DNA of 63,992 nucleotides, filler included, from Octopus bimaculoides (GCF_001194135.2; 8 parts of 8 records of this genome joined end to end with filler, not necessarily neighbours in it), one strand, 5' to 3'; positions 1 to 14,570 are shown, numbered from the whole stretch's first letter. Notes: generated by a model not told the origin, from the letters alone. Program-made: numbers and translations.

Positions 1-2277
1 ATATTTATATATATATTTATATATATATTTATATATATATATGTATGTATTTATGTATGTATGTATGTATGTATGTATGTATGTATGTATGTATGTATGT
101 ATGTATGTATGTATGTATCCATAATGTATGTGTATATGTGAGAGATATACACAAAGAAAGAAACAAGAAAGATTTTAAAAGTTCATCGAAATTTTTTAAT
201 TGTCGAAATTATCAAAGAAGAGAAGACAAGAGGAAAACTGTTCTCGGCTGGAACTGTGTGATAGGCGGGAAGGAGAACAGAACTAAGCAAACAACAACAG
301 CAACAACAACATTTTTGATGTGGCTTCAACAGTATTTAAGTTGGCAATGTGGTTCATGATGAGATGTGTGTCTTCTTATGTATTTGTAAATAAAACCAGA
401 TCTGAACTGATGAAATCCGCTTGTAAGTTCAAAAGATGAGAAAATTTCAGTGATAATAGCTACATCAAAATTTGATCACACGTCACGTCGAACGGATAAA
501 CCATTATTCATATTGTCATGTTAATTCAAGCATCATACAATTACATTTGATAACCGGATTAAACCAGCTAGAATTAAGAGATTTACTAATCTGTTTTTTC
601 TTCAAAGTGAACAACTTTCATGAAGTTTGTCTATTTCTCTTTCTGTTGTACTTTTGTCTTTTATTTGTTTATTTGTGTAATTTTTTACTTTCATTTTGGT
701 TAATTGCTTCGGTCTAGGTCTCAAATTCAAAATGATGCACCAGTGAACGTCTTGACGGAAGAAATTTTAGCCTTAGCCGCGGCTAAGTACGAGTAATCAC
801 TAACGCCGTTTGTCAGATTGGAGAAAGGAGCTGAATACGTAAGTAAATCAAAGACAAATTTTTAATGAAGGAAGTATCATTATAATGCTATCTCATTTTT
901 AAAAAAAGCGAAGTTAGCAAATTACAAATACTATTTCAATTAATTCAGAAAGCACAAGAGACCCCCTCATCGTTGCTCTTATGACACCCTCATCGAAGCA
1001 CAGACTTAATCATGATGCTGAAATAATACTGAGAGAATCACTAAATAAATATACACTGGATGAAGTCTGTGTTTCACTGATAAGATCTTCCATAATACGC
1101 AAGAAATATCAACTATATCCGGAGTTGTCTTTCATACTTATCAAAATAACTGAAATGATTTTTTACCTCCTTACATAATTATTTCTAATTAGCATTTAAG
1201 GCTTCTTGCGTTAAAGCTGTTAACGTTAACTTAAAGACAAATATTCACTCTATAATGAAGATGAGGCCGCCTTACTCGAATGGCATCCCTAAATTTCTCC
1301 GCTTCAAATTCTTGTAATTTGTACTGTGCTTGTGTTTTATAATTTAGCATGGTATGTAAGATCATACCAATCCGAGCTTGCAAGAAGGTTCGAATTCTCA
1401 GATGTCATTTCATTTAGGTCGCAAAGGCTCCTGACTGCGGAATAACTGAAATGGCAGAGCACTTTTAGAATCTAGTTTACTCCGGACAGGAAAGCACCGT
1501 TGTATTCTTTAAATTCAGCTGGAAATGAATACCTGCTGCAGCTGCCTTTCCTCTCTCTCTCTCCGTTTGTCACATCCTGGCTGTTCCGTTGGGCAAACGA
1601 TGGTGGAGAGGCTGAAAGTGTGCCTGTGTCTCTTCGTGGCTACACAAACACCCCAAAACAATTAGTGAAATCATGTTACATGCTGCAAAGTCATACACGC
1701 CTGAACTCAATTCTTTTTGAAGTCAACGTTTCCTTCATTCTCTTCGGTATTACAAGGCGTGTAACAGCGTTGATTAGTTCGGCTATTTTTCAACCCAGAC
1801 ATTAGTGAACTGTTATCGTCAACATTATAGTGTAACAGTGCACACAACATATGTGGTTAAGCAGTTCGATTCGGAACTAAATAATTTCAAAACGATCTGC
1901 TTCACGGCTCTTTATAGTCCACCATATTAATAAAAGTATATTCTACCAAATGAATAAAAACCTGTTAGAAGGGAACCGTTTTTGCGTTGCAGCTTAATCC
2001 GTCACACGATTTTACAACCTCAACAACTTTGGGGTGTTTTTAGTAGAGTACACTTGCGTCTGAGGATAAGTTCCTCCTATTCTCAGACCAGTTTTAAATG
2101 TAATGTCATGAGAATTATGTTAAAGCCATTAAAAAAACAGAAGATGATGGTTACTTGAATGTAATTATGTTCCCCATACGTATTGAGTATCGGTGTCTAT
2201 TTTTCATCCCTCTGGAGTTCAAATAAAATAATTACCACTGAAATATTGAGATTGATTTGTGCCACATTTAGACACCA

Positions 2278-2317
<40 letters not shown>

Positions 2318-2600
2318 NNNNNNNNNNNNNNNNNNNNNNNNNNNNNNNNNNNNNNNNNNNNNNNNNNNNNNNNNNNNNNNNNNNNNNNNNNNNNNNNNNN
2401 NNNNNNNNNNNNNNNNNNNNNNNNNNNNNNNNNNNNNNNNNNNNNNNNNNNNNNNNNNNNNNNNNNNNNNNNNNNNNNNNNNNNNNNNNTATACAAATAC
2501 AGATATACATATACATACACACACACACACATATACATACATACATACATACATACATACATACATACAAACATACATACACACACACATACACACACAC

Positions 2601-2631
<31 letters not shown>

Positions 2632-2746
2632 CAATATATATATCATGAATAAATAAAACAAGAAACTATAATTCTTATAAAAACACTAATCGGCATCATT
2701 ATGAATCATAATCTCAAAGGTTGAATTAAAACAGATAACATCCTAA

Positions 2747-2783
<37 letters not shown>

Positions 2784-2972
2784 TGTATGTATGTATGTAT
2801 GTATGCATGTATGTATGTATGTATATATGTATGTATGTAAATGTATATGTATACACACGCACAAACATACTGAGAGTCATTAATATTTCTTCGCACACTC
2901 AAATGTTCGTAGTGTTCGTATTTATGTATACATACACACACACACACATATATATATATGCCTTGTGTGCGT

Positions 2973-3074
<102 letters not shown>

Positions 3075-3714
3075 TTTATTAACGATAGAAGCGGTATTGG
3101 TTCAGAATAACATTCTGTATATCTTAACGCGGATAAACTATCGAAAAACACCGCAGTATTCGTCTCGAGGAAGATTCTCGGAAATCATGATTTAGCAGTT
3201 CGACCGCCACTGCTGTTACACTTCGGTGCTTTTTAACACTGTACGTTTATAGAAGGTTTCTCAAGACGAATACATCAGTTTTGTGATTTTCGATAGTATA
3301 TATACGTTACGGATATTTGTTTATGTATATGTGTGTGTGTGTATAAAAAGATTGACTACTTGTTTCTCTGTAGTTGGCCACGCGACGTTGCCACAAGATG
3401 AGACTTCAATAAGGGATGAAAACCGATTAAAACTATCCGTCATTTTTTCGATCTACGGAGAAATAGTTAACTTTGCTCTGTTTTTATCTTTCTTACAGAG
3501 GCATGTGTATATATAATATCATACCTTGACGCTGTGTCTACTGGATTCTTCGTTGACAGGCTCCTGATATTAAATAAAGCGTTAAACACATACAGTATTG
3601 TATGAAAATTAGTAGCCTCTCTGGATTAGTTAACTTGTACAAATACAAAGCAAAAGCCAAACATATAACAATGATAATAAAAATAATGAATACAGTCTAC
3701 TAAATGACAAAATT

Positions 3715-4006
3715 TTAAGAATGTAGGCAATGAGGAGAGTAATACCAGTAGTTGTAGGGGCAGTCGGAGCACCAACAACCAAGTATGAGAAATATAGTGG
3801 AAAAATTGGAATTGACATGAGGGCAGAGCAGGCCCAAAGAACTGCTCGACTGGGACAGCAAAGATTTTGAGATTGGTGCTTGGGCATTGAGTGTCTTCCA
3901 CGATAAGTTAACATACAGGTACAAAAGCATATAATTTGCGGAAAGAGGCTCTGCCAGACCGCTGACAACAAGTTGCTGTCCGCTGTCACAGAATCAACCA
4001 GAGCAA

Positions 4007-4010
<4 letters not shown>
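3715..4010 (+). mobile_element. R4/Dong-like non-LTR retrotransposon 3' fragment (RLE C-terminus + (TAA)n tail)
   Basis: Reads RVIPVVVGAVGA...IGIDMRAEQAQRTARLGTAKILRLVL, then a short UTR and (TAA)n. Confidence 0.75.
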
Positions 4011-4043
<33 letters not shown>

Positions 4044-5499
4044 GAGCACTCAGAGAGCGCAAACCTCTGCTAAGGCAACACCAACGTCCTTTCAACGATT
4101 AGCCGGAGATGGTTTTTAAAATGAGAATATATGAAATAGACTCGACTGCTCTCACAAACGAAAATACTAAAAGTGAACCCGACCGCTCTCACAAACGAGA
4201 ATACTAAAAATGAACACGAAAACGGAAAGTTAATCCAGAATCCTTGTCCGGTACCTGATCGGACCCAATGGTAGTCATGGAATGTGGGTGTGCTGGCTGT
4301 GTTTGTAATGTTGTATCGTCTGCCATGGGAACAGGGACAGTTTTCTCTATGAAGGCCTTTTTCTTAGTCTATCCACTGATATAGTGTCTTTACGACCATT
4401 AAGGTCTACAGCGAAAAGTTTATCCGTGCTTGAAAGAAAACAGAAAGGACCTGCATACGGTGCTGCTAACGGAGGTTTAACAACATCGTTGCGCGCACAA
4501 ACGTGAGTCCATGAAGTAAAGTTTCATTCAAAGCAGACCTAGAAATGCAATTGTCAAGTTGTTGTTGTTGGCACTCCGTCGCTTACGACGTCGAAGGTTC
4601 CAGCCTGCTCGTGAAATTAACGTGCAAGTGGCTGAGCACTCCACAGACACGTGTACCCTTAACGTATTTCTCGGGGATATTCAGCGTGACACAGTGTGAC
4701 AAGGCTGACCCTTTGAATTACAGGCACAACAGAAACAGGAAGTAAGAGTGGGAGAAAGTTGTGGTGGAAGAGTACAGCAGGGTTCGCCACCATCCCCTGC
4801 CGGAGCCTCGTGGAGCTTTAGGTGTTTTCGCTCAATAAACACTCACAACGCCCGGTCTGGGAATCGAAACCGCGATCCTATGACCGCGAGTCCGCTACCC
4901 TAACCACTGGGCCATTGCGTCTCCACGCAATTGTCAAGTAGGTAAGAGGTTTCAAACAGGAGCGGTATATTCTAAATTGGTAAAACTAAAAAATTGTCGA
5001 GGATAAATAAAAATTATTATTATTATTACTGAATATGTTAATGTTATATAATTTCTGAACGGTTTTACTGCCGTTTGTTTATGTAGTTTGATTACTTTAT
5101 CCATAAGTTTCTACTAAGATAGAGATGCGAGTAAAATTAATAATAGAGAAACGAAAATAAAACTTTGGAAACAGCAACACCACCATAACCTACGTGGAAG
5201 CCATGAGCGTGCTTTCAAGGGAGATAATCAGAGGAAGACTTGCATGTCAACGTAAGATCGTAGTACTTCATATAAAGTAAAGTAAATATAAAAAATAATC
5301 CAGAATCCTTGTCCGGTATCGGACAAGGTATCGATCCGGTATCGATCCCAAAATCTAATCATTTCGTGCCAGTCACGAGGCCAAACATCTCTGAAAGTTT
5401 CATCCGAATCCATCGAGCGGTTCTTGAGATATCATTTCCACGGACAAACAAACAAGCAAATACGACTGAAAACAATATCTCCGCCTTCGCTAAGGCTGA

Positions 5500-5503
<4 letters not shown>
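4044..5503 (+). mobile_element. Helentron-like non-autonomous element (HINE-type) ends with nested insertions
   Basis: 5' subterminal ACCTCTGCT, 3' hairpin CTCCGCCTT-CGCT-AAGGCTGAG, internal (CAAA)n, shared aatccagaatccttgtccggta at 4232 and 5297; both ends sit in TAA runs. Confidence 0.45.
4560..4926 (-). mobile_element. tRNA-derived SINE family A with 13-bp TSD
   Basis: tRNA-like head with A/B boxes, (CAA)n tail, TSD GCAATTGTCAAGT at 4547-4559 and 4927-4939. Other copies at 19440-19763 (-) and 16880-17200 (+, CORE-like variant). Confidence 0.9.
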
Positions 5504-5530
<27 letters not shown>

Positions 5531-5541
5531 TTAACAACAGC

Positions 5542-5630
<89 letters not shown>

Positions 5631-5632
<2 letters not shown>

Positions 5633-6112
5633 CCCTGATGCAGTACCAAGCAGTGGCTCCCATGGCTTCTGATCTTAACTGATTGAAAGTGTTATCATGT
5701 ACATTGTTTTGTCTGCTCAATGTCCTTAACCAGTTGAGCATATCCCTTAGTGGCTGACGATATGTGCATCTCTGATCACGAGCAGAAGTAGTGGGGGAGC
5801 CATGTGTTGAGAGGAATTCTTTGGGGTTTGTTTAATTCACCTTTGGAAACATCGGTGCTTTGTTCAACATCCTTAAACAACTCTTGTTCAGGGAACTTTT
5901 GAGCGGGATGGACTACTCGACTTGAAGAAAATTCTAACTGGATCCCACCTGCAAGGTCATGCGCTGTTTATCTTGATATGAAATCACTATGTCGCGCACA
6001 TATGGTTGTAATGCATGTGTCTTGTGTACCCTCATCAGACGGGTAGTCATGATAGATATACTGGGCTTCGTATATTTTGCCCACTTTGATAGCATACACT
6101 GCTCTCTCACTC
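5631..6112. mobile_element. Non-coding ~480-bp element embedded in (AAT)n
   Basis: (AAT)n on both sides. A second copy in opposite orientation at 53097-53279 also abuts (ATT)n. Confidence 0.7.
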
Positions 6113-7290
6113 AATAATAATAAAGATAATAATGATTTCAAATTTTGGCACAAGATCAGCAAGTTTAGGGATGGGAGTTAAAGTTGATTACATCGACTCC
6201 AGTACTCAACTAGTATTTATTTTATCAATCCCAAGCAGATGAATGGCAAAGCTGACCTCGTCAGAATTTGAAATCAGAGCGTGAACACACACGAAATGCC
6301 GCTAAGTATTTTGCCTGCCGCGTTAATGATTTTGCTAGCTCGTCGCCTTAAAAAACCGAACTAGTAACTTTCATTATCCTTCGCTATGGATTACCATTGA
6401 ATCTTCACCTTTTGAACTACTAATGGACTTCACCTATAATCTTATCATTTCTTAGAACATGGAACTACAAAACAAGTTGGAAAGAACAAATATTCTTGAT
6501 TGAGAATATCCTTCATTTCTATATTTTCTGACTTCTCTCTCTCTCTCTCTCTCTCTCTTCGATGATGGAATTCTTAGCTTATGGAATCCTTACTCAATAT
6601 CATGATTCACATGCTTGGCTATTCTAGAAACAGCTGCAAGAGACTATCTTTTTTACCATAACTACTCTGCACCATGTTTATATCTCTTATGTAGACTAAA
6701 TGTTTTTTGAGTGATGCCAAATGTTTTACTTTTTCATTTTCCATTTTAATTTTCATACATATGTATATCATATGGTCATATACATATGTATACAATACAT
6801 ACAAACATGTCTCTGTAATGAAAGTATATATGTATATGTATAAGTGTAAAATATACGTATGTAACTGTGTGTAAACAATATATTGCACACATACACACAC
6901 AAACACACACGCATATATCTATTGTATGTATAGTATGCATCATATAATCCTTTCTACTACAGGCACAAGGCCTGATATTTGCGGGTGGAGGGGATAGTCG
7001 GTTATATCTACCACAATGCTCAACTGGTACTGAAAGGATGAAAGCCAAAGTCGACCACAGCAGAATTTGAACTCTAAACGTAAAGACGGACGAAATGGCG
7101 TTAAGCATTTTTTCCGGCATGTTAACGATTTTGACAGCTCACCGCCTTATTATGCATTATATAATATGTTTCAAATATAATATTTGATATATAGATGTAT
7201 GATATATGAAATGTTGTGGTAGTAGTAAAAGTACGTATTATATATTTCGAAAAATTGTAATAAGTTACTTTCAGTTAGCTATTTGCTATC

Positions 7291-7357
<67 letters not shown>

Positions 7358-9223
7358 NNNNNNNNNNGCACACAGACACACACGCACACACATACTCTCT
7401 CTCTCTCTCTCTCTCTCTATTTCCTCCGTTAATTATATATGTTTGTACGTGTATGTGTATGCATGTGTGTGTGTGTGTCTTGCACACGGCTATTTCTTCA
7501 GCTTATTGTTTGTTTCTAGCTCCTAATAATGTAGGGAGAGAGACCATTATCATGTGTATTTAATCTTCAGTATGCTTCGAGTCTAAAAAGTAATCTTTAA
7601 AGTTATTTGTGGCATTTACAGATAATCTTATTTTGGCCCGAAACAATTAGATACCATTTTGATTAGGTGTCATGTCCGTGTCACAATATGAGCGATATCA
7701 CAGAGAATACAGCAGATGGGATTTGTTTTTATTGTTTTTGTTTTCTTTTTGTTAATATCATTTTATCTATATCCCGAAGAAAGATACTTGTAAATAGTAA
7801 TGATAACTAAAGCAAACATATTACATATGATTAGCAAGAAAAGCCTCAATCTCTATGTGTGTATGGGATGTATTGGGATAGTCTTAGTTTATAAAGCTGA
7901 AATAAAAGAGTTATGTGTATGACTGTAGGTAATGCGGGTAAACTGAAAGCTGGCTAATATACTTATGATAGCATGATGGAGACGGGGGTGTGAGGTATTG
8001 GAAAAGATGTGGAGAGGTTTGGAATGAGGCTGCGGAAATACCTAGGTTTAGGAAGCGATATGAAAATAATTTCAGTGGTAATTTCTATTATGGACATAAA
8101 GTTTCAAATTTTGTACTGAGTGGGTGGGTGGGTGGATGTTACAGTTAGTTTAATCAAACTCAGTTCATGAATGTTTTAAACTTCGGAAAGAGACAAGTAA
8201 ATTCCCCCACATCGAGCTGACGTCCAACCGATTTTATGGCCCAGCTCCCTAATAACCGTTTCTTATTTAAACACAAGGCTAGCAATGTGGAAGAAGGTGC
8301 TAAGTTGGCCAAACTGGGCCCCCTCCCCAGTACTCGACTGATACTTTATTTTATCGACTCTGAAATTATGAAAGCCAAGATTTTATGGTGAGACTTTCAT
8401 TCAGAATGTAACTCTCTAATGATTTTTAGAATTGAAAACAATGTTGGACAGTTTTGGTGCATGATATGATCAATTGTGTATGACTGGTACATTATTTTAT
8501 CGACCCAAGAAGGATAAAAGGCAAAACTGACCTCGGCGGGACTTGAACTCAGAACTTAGCTCTCTAATAAAAGTAATGATTTTTAAAATTGAAACAAAGC
8601 TGATAATTTTGGAGGATAGACTATAGTGAATTGTGTATGACTGGTACTTTATATTCTTTTCTATTCTAGACACAAAGCCCGAAATTTAGTGGGAGGGAGT
8701 CAGTCGATTAGATCGCAACTGGTACTTAATTTATCGACACCGAAAGGATGAAAGGCAAAGTCGACCTCGGCGGAATTCGAACTCAGAACATAAAGACAGA
8801 CGAAATACCGCCAAGCATTTCGCCCGGCGTGCTAACGTTTCTGCCAGCTCACCGCTTTGTATTACTTTATGTTATCGATCCCAGAGGACTGAAGAGCAAA
8901 GCCGATATAAGCAATATTAGGACTCAGGAGGTAAATGACGGTAACTAACTGCTGATCACCCTGTTGCTATGATTAAAGATATAGTTTATTAAAATTCGGA
9001 TTAGTACTTAACTAGTACTTGATTTATCGGTCCTTCAAAAGAATGAAATACACAGCTTATTCCAGTGGGTGGGGTTAGAAAAGTACGTCATGGTATTGAG
9101 ATAATCCATCGCCTTTCTGCCAGAAAATAATTCTTTCTACTATAGGCACAAGGCTTTTTGTAAGGAGGGGAAGTTTCGGGTGGAGGAGATTAGTCAATTT
9201 CTCGACCAGTGCACTTGTACCAG

Positions 9224-9315
<92 letters not shown>

Positions 9316-11224
9316 GTGGGTTGGTGTCTATATCTGTATGTATATATGTGTGCTTATGCATATTTAGTCATACACATACTGTTTGCATGTATGCATGTAT
9401 GCATGTATGTATGTGTGCATATATATAAGAATTTCGGTGAAAAGATTTTCCCAACGTGGCGAGCTGTAGTGAAAAATTATATAATAAAAGAGAGAAAATG
9501 CATGCAATTTATATATTTTTAATCTATTTTAACGGATAGAATATTATGGTAGCCTTCCGGTTTCGCGTGTCTCCCCATGACATTGAAATTGGTGAAAATA
9601 TTGCAATTTAATATTTTCTTAAGGAAGTTTTAGTACATGTTGCTTGTTTTAGAGTTTGTTTGTAAATGAACCAGCATGTAGAAAATATCTAAGGGGAGAT
9701 TGTTATTGCTCTTTTTGGGAGGTACACTTTTTTGTAGGGTGCACTTTTTGGGGATGGTAAAGTTTTAATATTTATATTATGAAGTTATAAACTAATAAGC
9801 TAAAATAGTTAAATAAAATATGAACAGAGTTGGTTATGCGTTCATGAATTAAAATATTTACAAAAACCAAAATTGGTTACGCGTTCATATTCAGATGCGG
9901 TTCGTATTTTTCAATAAATATATTTTCTTTCTTTAATCGTTCTTGTATAGAAATTGTTTCCTTGCACTGGTAGGTGGGAAAAACAGTGAAGTTTGGTTCG
10001 AGATACATTGCACATCTCTTTATGTGTTCACCCAATGGTATCTGTCTATACCTATATATACCTATACAGGTAAATATATTTCAAAGAAAATATTCCTTAC
10101 TGCGTTCACTATTTTCCCCTCGTTCTAGTCTTGATACAGTATTTCAACTACCGTGTACAATTGTCTACGAACTGGTACGTTCATTTTCTGTGTCTATGAA
10201 CATTCGTCTAACTTCTCATTATAGACTCTTTCACTGTCTTTTCCTTCATTGCTATTCTTATATGTACTTAATGCATACATCCACGCCTATACACACATAC
10301 AATTTGTTCTCTTGAGAGCCTGTCTATCATTCTGTATACATAACGCACACACAGCCACACATGTTATAGCATTAATAAATCATCTCTCAAACATTCTACT
10401 CGGTTGTCTCTTTTCCCACTGGCACATATATGTATTATTCCAGCCTTCTGAATGGAGTCGTTATTAGATGGTTTCACTACGCGAGTCCACCACTCCATTT
10501 ATAAGTTAATCTACTTCCGACAATAGAAAGCAGTCACCATATTCCCTTCCATATCAGCTAACTCTGACGAGCGTAGGGTTATATAATCTGATTGTTACCT
10601 AACATTCCATTGTGTATGTGTGTGTGTGTGTTATTTAAATTTGTTTATGGGAAAGGTTTTGAATATACGAAGAAAGCTCCTATTCTATTATGCCGGCCAC
10701 TTTTTTATGATGCTGACTGGCGAACTAATTTTTTGATGTTGCATCGAGCTGCACTGATATATTGTAGGATAAATATTATAATGATAACAATAATCCTTGG
10801 ATGGAATTTATAAACATTTAATGCATCGTTACGCGCATTTCCACAAGCCACATGTCTCTTATGACCACCGTCCGTATTCCTGGGATGATTACAGTGCAGT
10901 CCATAGTATGCATGAGGTATCATTTTCATGGATTCATTTTTTCAGGCGATATCACATTAATGGATGTACAACAGAGGGTTTTTTAGCCCATTTTACGAGT
11001 ATAAAGGTTAAGCGAGTTATGTGTGTACTTATGTGTCTACTCAGTGGAGAGGAGGGAAGTGGTGGAAATAGAGGATGGAATGATAGTTATATGGGGATGG
11101 AGGTGTGTGTGTGGTGGTAGTGGACTTATTTTGCTATTCATTCAACAGATGTTAAGGATGGGGATGAGTAGTACATTCTTTTGTTTGATTTCATCTAAAG
11201 CTATCTTCAATAAATTCTGAAGTC

Positions 11225-11590
11225 AAAGCAGCGCCTGCCGCTACGTTCTGAGTTTAAATTCTACTGAGGTCGACTTTGCCTTTCATCCTTTCGGGGTCGA
11301 TTAAATAAGTACCAGTTACGCACTGGAGTCGATATAATCGACTTAATCCGTTTGTCTGTCCTTGTTTGTCCCCTCTGTGTGTGAAATAAGAAAAGTTAGC
11401 CCACCGGGCGAAGTGCTTAGCGGTATTTCGTCTGTCGCTACGTTCTGAGTTTAAATTCTGCAGAGGCCAACTTTGCCGTTTATCCTTCGGGGTCGATAAA
11501 TTAAATACCAGTTGTGTACTAGGGTCGATCTAATCGACTGGCACCCTCATCAAAAATTTCGGGCCTTGTGCCTAGAATAGAAAAGAATAA
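11225..11590 (+). mobile_element. SINE family C (tRNA head, Deu/Nin-like gcctttcatcctttcggggtcgataaattaagtaccagt domain), two adjacent copies
   Basis: Same family at 6160-6350, 6950-7150, 8670-8860, 12330-12530, 15880-16040, 18370-18590 and 20200-20600. Confidence 0.8.
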
Positions 11591-11886
11591 ATTCTGAGGT
11601 CAACAGGTCATTTGGTACTGCTACCATCTATCAGTTGTTGGTGTTTGTTGACTGAATTGACAAATGATACTTTCTAATGGTGACTTTATCATTGGTGGCA
11701 TAGTGTATAGCATCTTAAATATTGGTTTGTTTGGGTTCCTTCTCTGTACTATACTGTGTTATTTCGTTTCAAAATATTCAGTTTTTCTAAGCTCTGTAAA
11801 AGAACTCGGAGGGTTAGGCCTCCAACCAGGCCTTTCGCGATGCGCTTAAAGTCAGGAACTTTTCAGCACCCCTTCGTGTTTAAATA

Positions 11887-11924
<38 letters not shown>

Positions 11925-14271
11925 CCCCCCACACACACACACACATGACTGAGCGTTGATGCTAAAGATACACAGTCGTTTTGATATAGATATTTAATAC
12001 AATATACAGAGCAATGTAGTGTGCCTTGTAATCTCTAGCATCCACAACTTTTGAGACAAACAATTACTCTGAACATCAGCTTTATTCTTGGAAATAGGTT
12101 AAAAGTGAACGACTAATTTCAAAGTAATTCCAAGTTTCCATGCGAGGAAATCAGTTTTCTCGGAGATAATTCACTGAAGGCGTGTAAAACTACTGATTTC
12201 CGAGTTAAGACCAAAACATTTGGTAGGAGTGGACAATCGATTGTATCGATCACCTCACTTCACTAGCATCTTGTCTTATTAACCTCGGAAGGATTAAAAG
12301 CAAAGTCGACCTTAATGGGAACTGAACACAGAAATAAATGATGATTTCATATTTTGGCAGAGGGCCAGTAATTTCGAGAGAAGGAGTAAGTCGTTCAACT
12401 GGTATTTATTTTATCGACTCTGAAAGGCTGAAAGGCAAAGTCAACCTCAGCGGAATTTGAACTATGAACGTAAAGACGGACGAAATACCCGATATGCTAA
12501 CGTCTCTGTCATCTCGCCGCCTTCAACACAGAAATTTATAATAAAGAGCCGTAACTAAACATCGCAAGTCGTTTTGTTTGTCCAGCATTATACCGATTCT
12601 ACCATTGATTTCTACCACTGGCACAAAGCCATAGATTCTATAGGAAGAGTTGAGATGATTAAACCGACTCCAGTATTTCACTGGCACTTATGCTTTTTCC
12701 TATGCCCGGTAGAATGAAAGAGTTGATTCCAACCGGATGTGAACTCAGATTTTACTCAATCTATTATATTATTGATATTACAACGATTATTTTCTCACAT
12801 AATTGAGTAGTTAGATCGATTTCGGATATAGATACAAAGCCACAAACGTATTTTCTGAGTAGTTGGAGAGGCAATAGATAAAGCCTATTATATATCGACC
12901 CCCGCCCCAAACTTGACTTCATTTTGTCGATTTCGAAAGGATGAAAGGTGAAGGTGACTTCGATGGGATTTGAGCTAAGAATATTAAGAGACATAACTAA
13001 ATATTGTATGAGATTATTTTATCTGCCGATCTACCGATTCGCCAGTCTCTACACCCTACTGCTCAAACGTATTGCAAGTAAGTAACGAAAAGGAATAGCG
13101 TGCGCAAATGAAAACCCTATTTCCTATTACAAAGTGTGGTTTCAATTTTCAGTTAATTTGTTTTATAATTCTGATAGTTGTATTTCTGAGTAGACGTCTT
13201 GGATAGTGAAGGCATCTTTCTTTAACTTCGTTTCAGTAATGCACAATGGGCTGAAGGGTGGACATTTGGTAAAAATTCATTCACTCTAAATTGCTTAAAT
13301 AAGTGTATATATATATATGTATAATAGAAAGAAAACCTGAACAAAGAAAAAAGAATTGTCAAAAGCTCAATCCAAAGACATTTTATGAGAAATTGTGTTT
13401 TCTTGTTTTGTGTGTTGAGTTAGATTTTATTTGGGAAGAAATATTTTGAAGATGAATTTCACCAGAACCACAATGTCAGTCTATTTTCCCTCTAAATCTA
13501 AAAGTAACATACTAAGCCTGTTACATCCCCTTGCTAAAGGTCTGAAGTGACGGAAATTAATGAAAATAATCTCTTACTATAGGTAATCTATGTAATTAGA
13601 GCCAAATAAGTATGAGAAAATGAAAAATATCCATAAATTTTGCTTGTTTTTCTTTTCAATGATCTCTCGGTGCTTATAGGGTTTCAACCCTACAAAATCT
13701 CTTTCTGCACTTCATGCATCACCCACAGGATATATATATATATATATATCTTAAAGAACATTTAATAAGCTTTCATATAAGCTCAACCACAGAAAAATCT
13801 GACGTGCCCATTTAAGAAACCAAATTTCAAAATTATATCTAGTATCCTACGGAGGAGCGGAAAAGTTTTGAGGGTGAAATTCTCTAGGACTATAAAACGT
13901 GTCACTTTTCCCCTTAAATCTAAAGATGACATGATAAGCCTCTTACACCTCCTTACTAAAAGTATGAAGTGATAGAAAATCAATAAAAATAGCCTCTTAC
14001 TGTAGGTTTTCCTTGTAATAGTACACAAATAATTATAGAAAAATAGGAGAAAAGCCTATTTTTTTCAATGAACTCTTGCTTTGTTTTAGGTTTCAACCCA
14101 CCCAAAATTTGCTTTTGCAAAGAAATTTCAAGTGTCGTAAATTTCTAGAATTCTGTTATCGATATGCTTCCATCGAGGTTTCAGTTACCTTCCAATAATC
14201 TATAAGATAAATTTAGACCCTCAGATTTAAAGAGATTTGGGCTTTTACAATCTATCTATCTATCTATCTAT

Positions 14272-14570
14272 CTCAAACTGGAGCGCATCCTCTTCCGCTT
14301 CTTGTGGAAAGGAAGCGTTCCGATGGTTAGGCGATCCGTTTGCTGCCAACACCCGTTAAAAGGAGGACTGGGCATGCCGTGGTTGAAGATGCGCAGACAC
14401 GCGCTGAGACTGCGACATCTCCGGCTCTACGTAGACAACGGTGAACAGGTGTGGTCGCCGTTTGTGCGGCGCGCTTTCCCGCAGCTCGTCTCCATGACCG
14501 AACTGCAGTCGTGGATCAAGAAGAGGCCGAGGAAGGGCGAATGGCATCGCGAGTGTCGCGCTGCTCTTCG
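14272..14570 (+). mobile_element. Tx1/L1-like LINE ORF2 fragment
   Basis: KLERILFRFLWKGSVPMVRRSVCCQHPLKGGLGMP; GC-rich, uninterrupted. Begins immediately after (TCTA)n; cut by a contig end. Confidence 0.8.

Noticed and set aside
720-1810. Protein-like fragments on the minus strand (possible old DNA transposon)
   Set aside because: Multiple stops and no recognisable motif; not supportable.
10520-10580. GAAA...CTGACGAG as a type II hammerhead
   Set aside because: Stems I, II and III do not pair.
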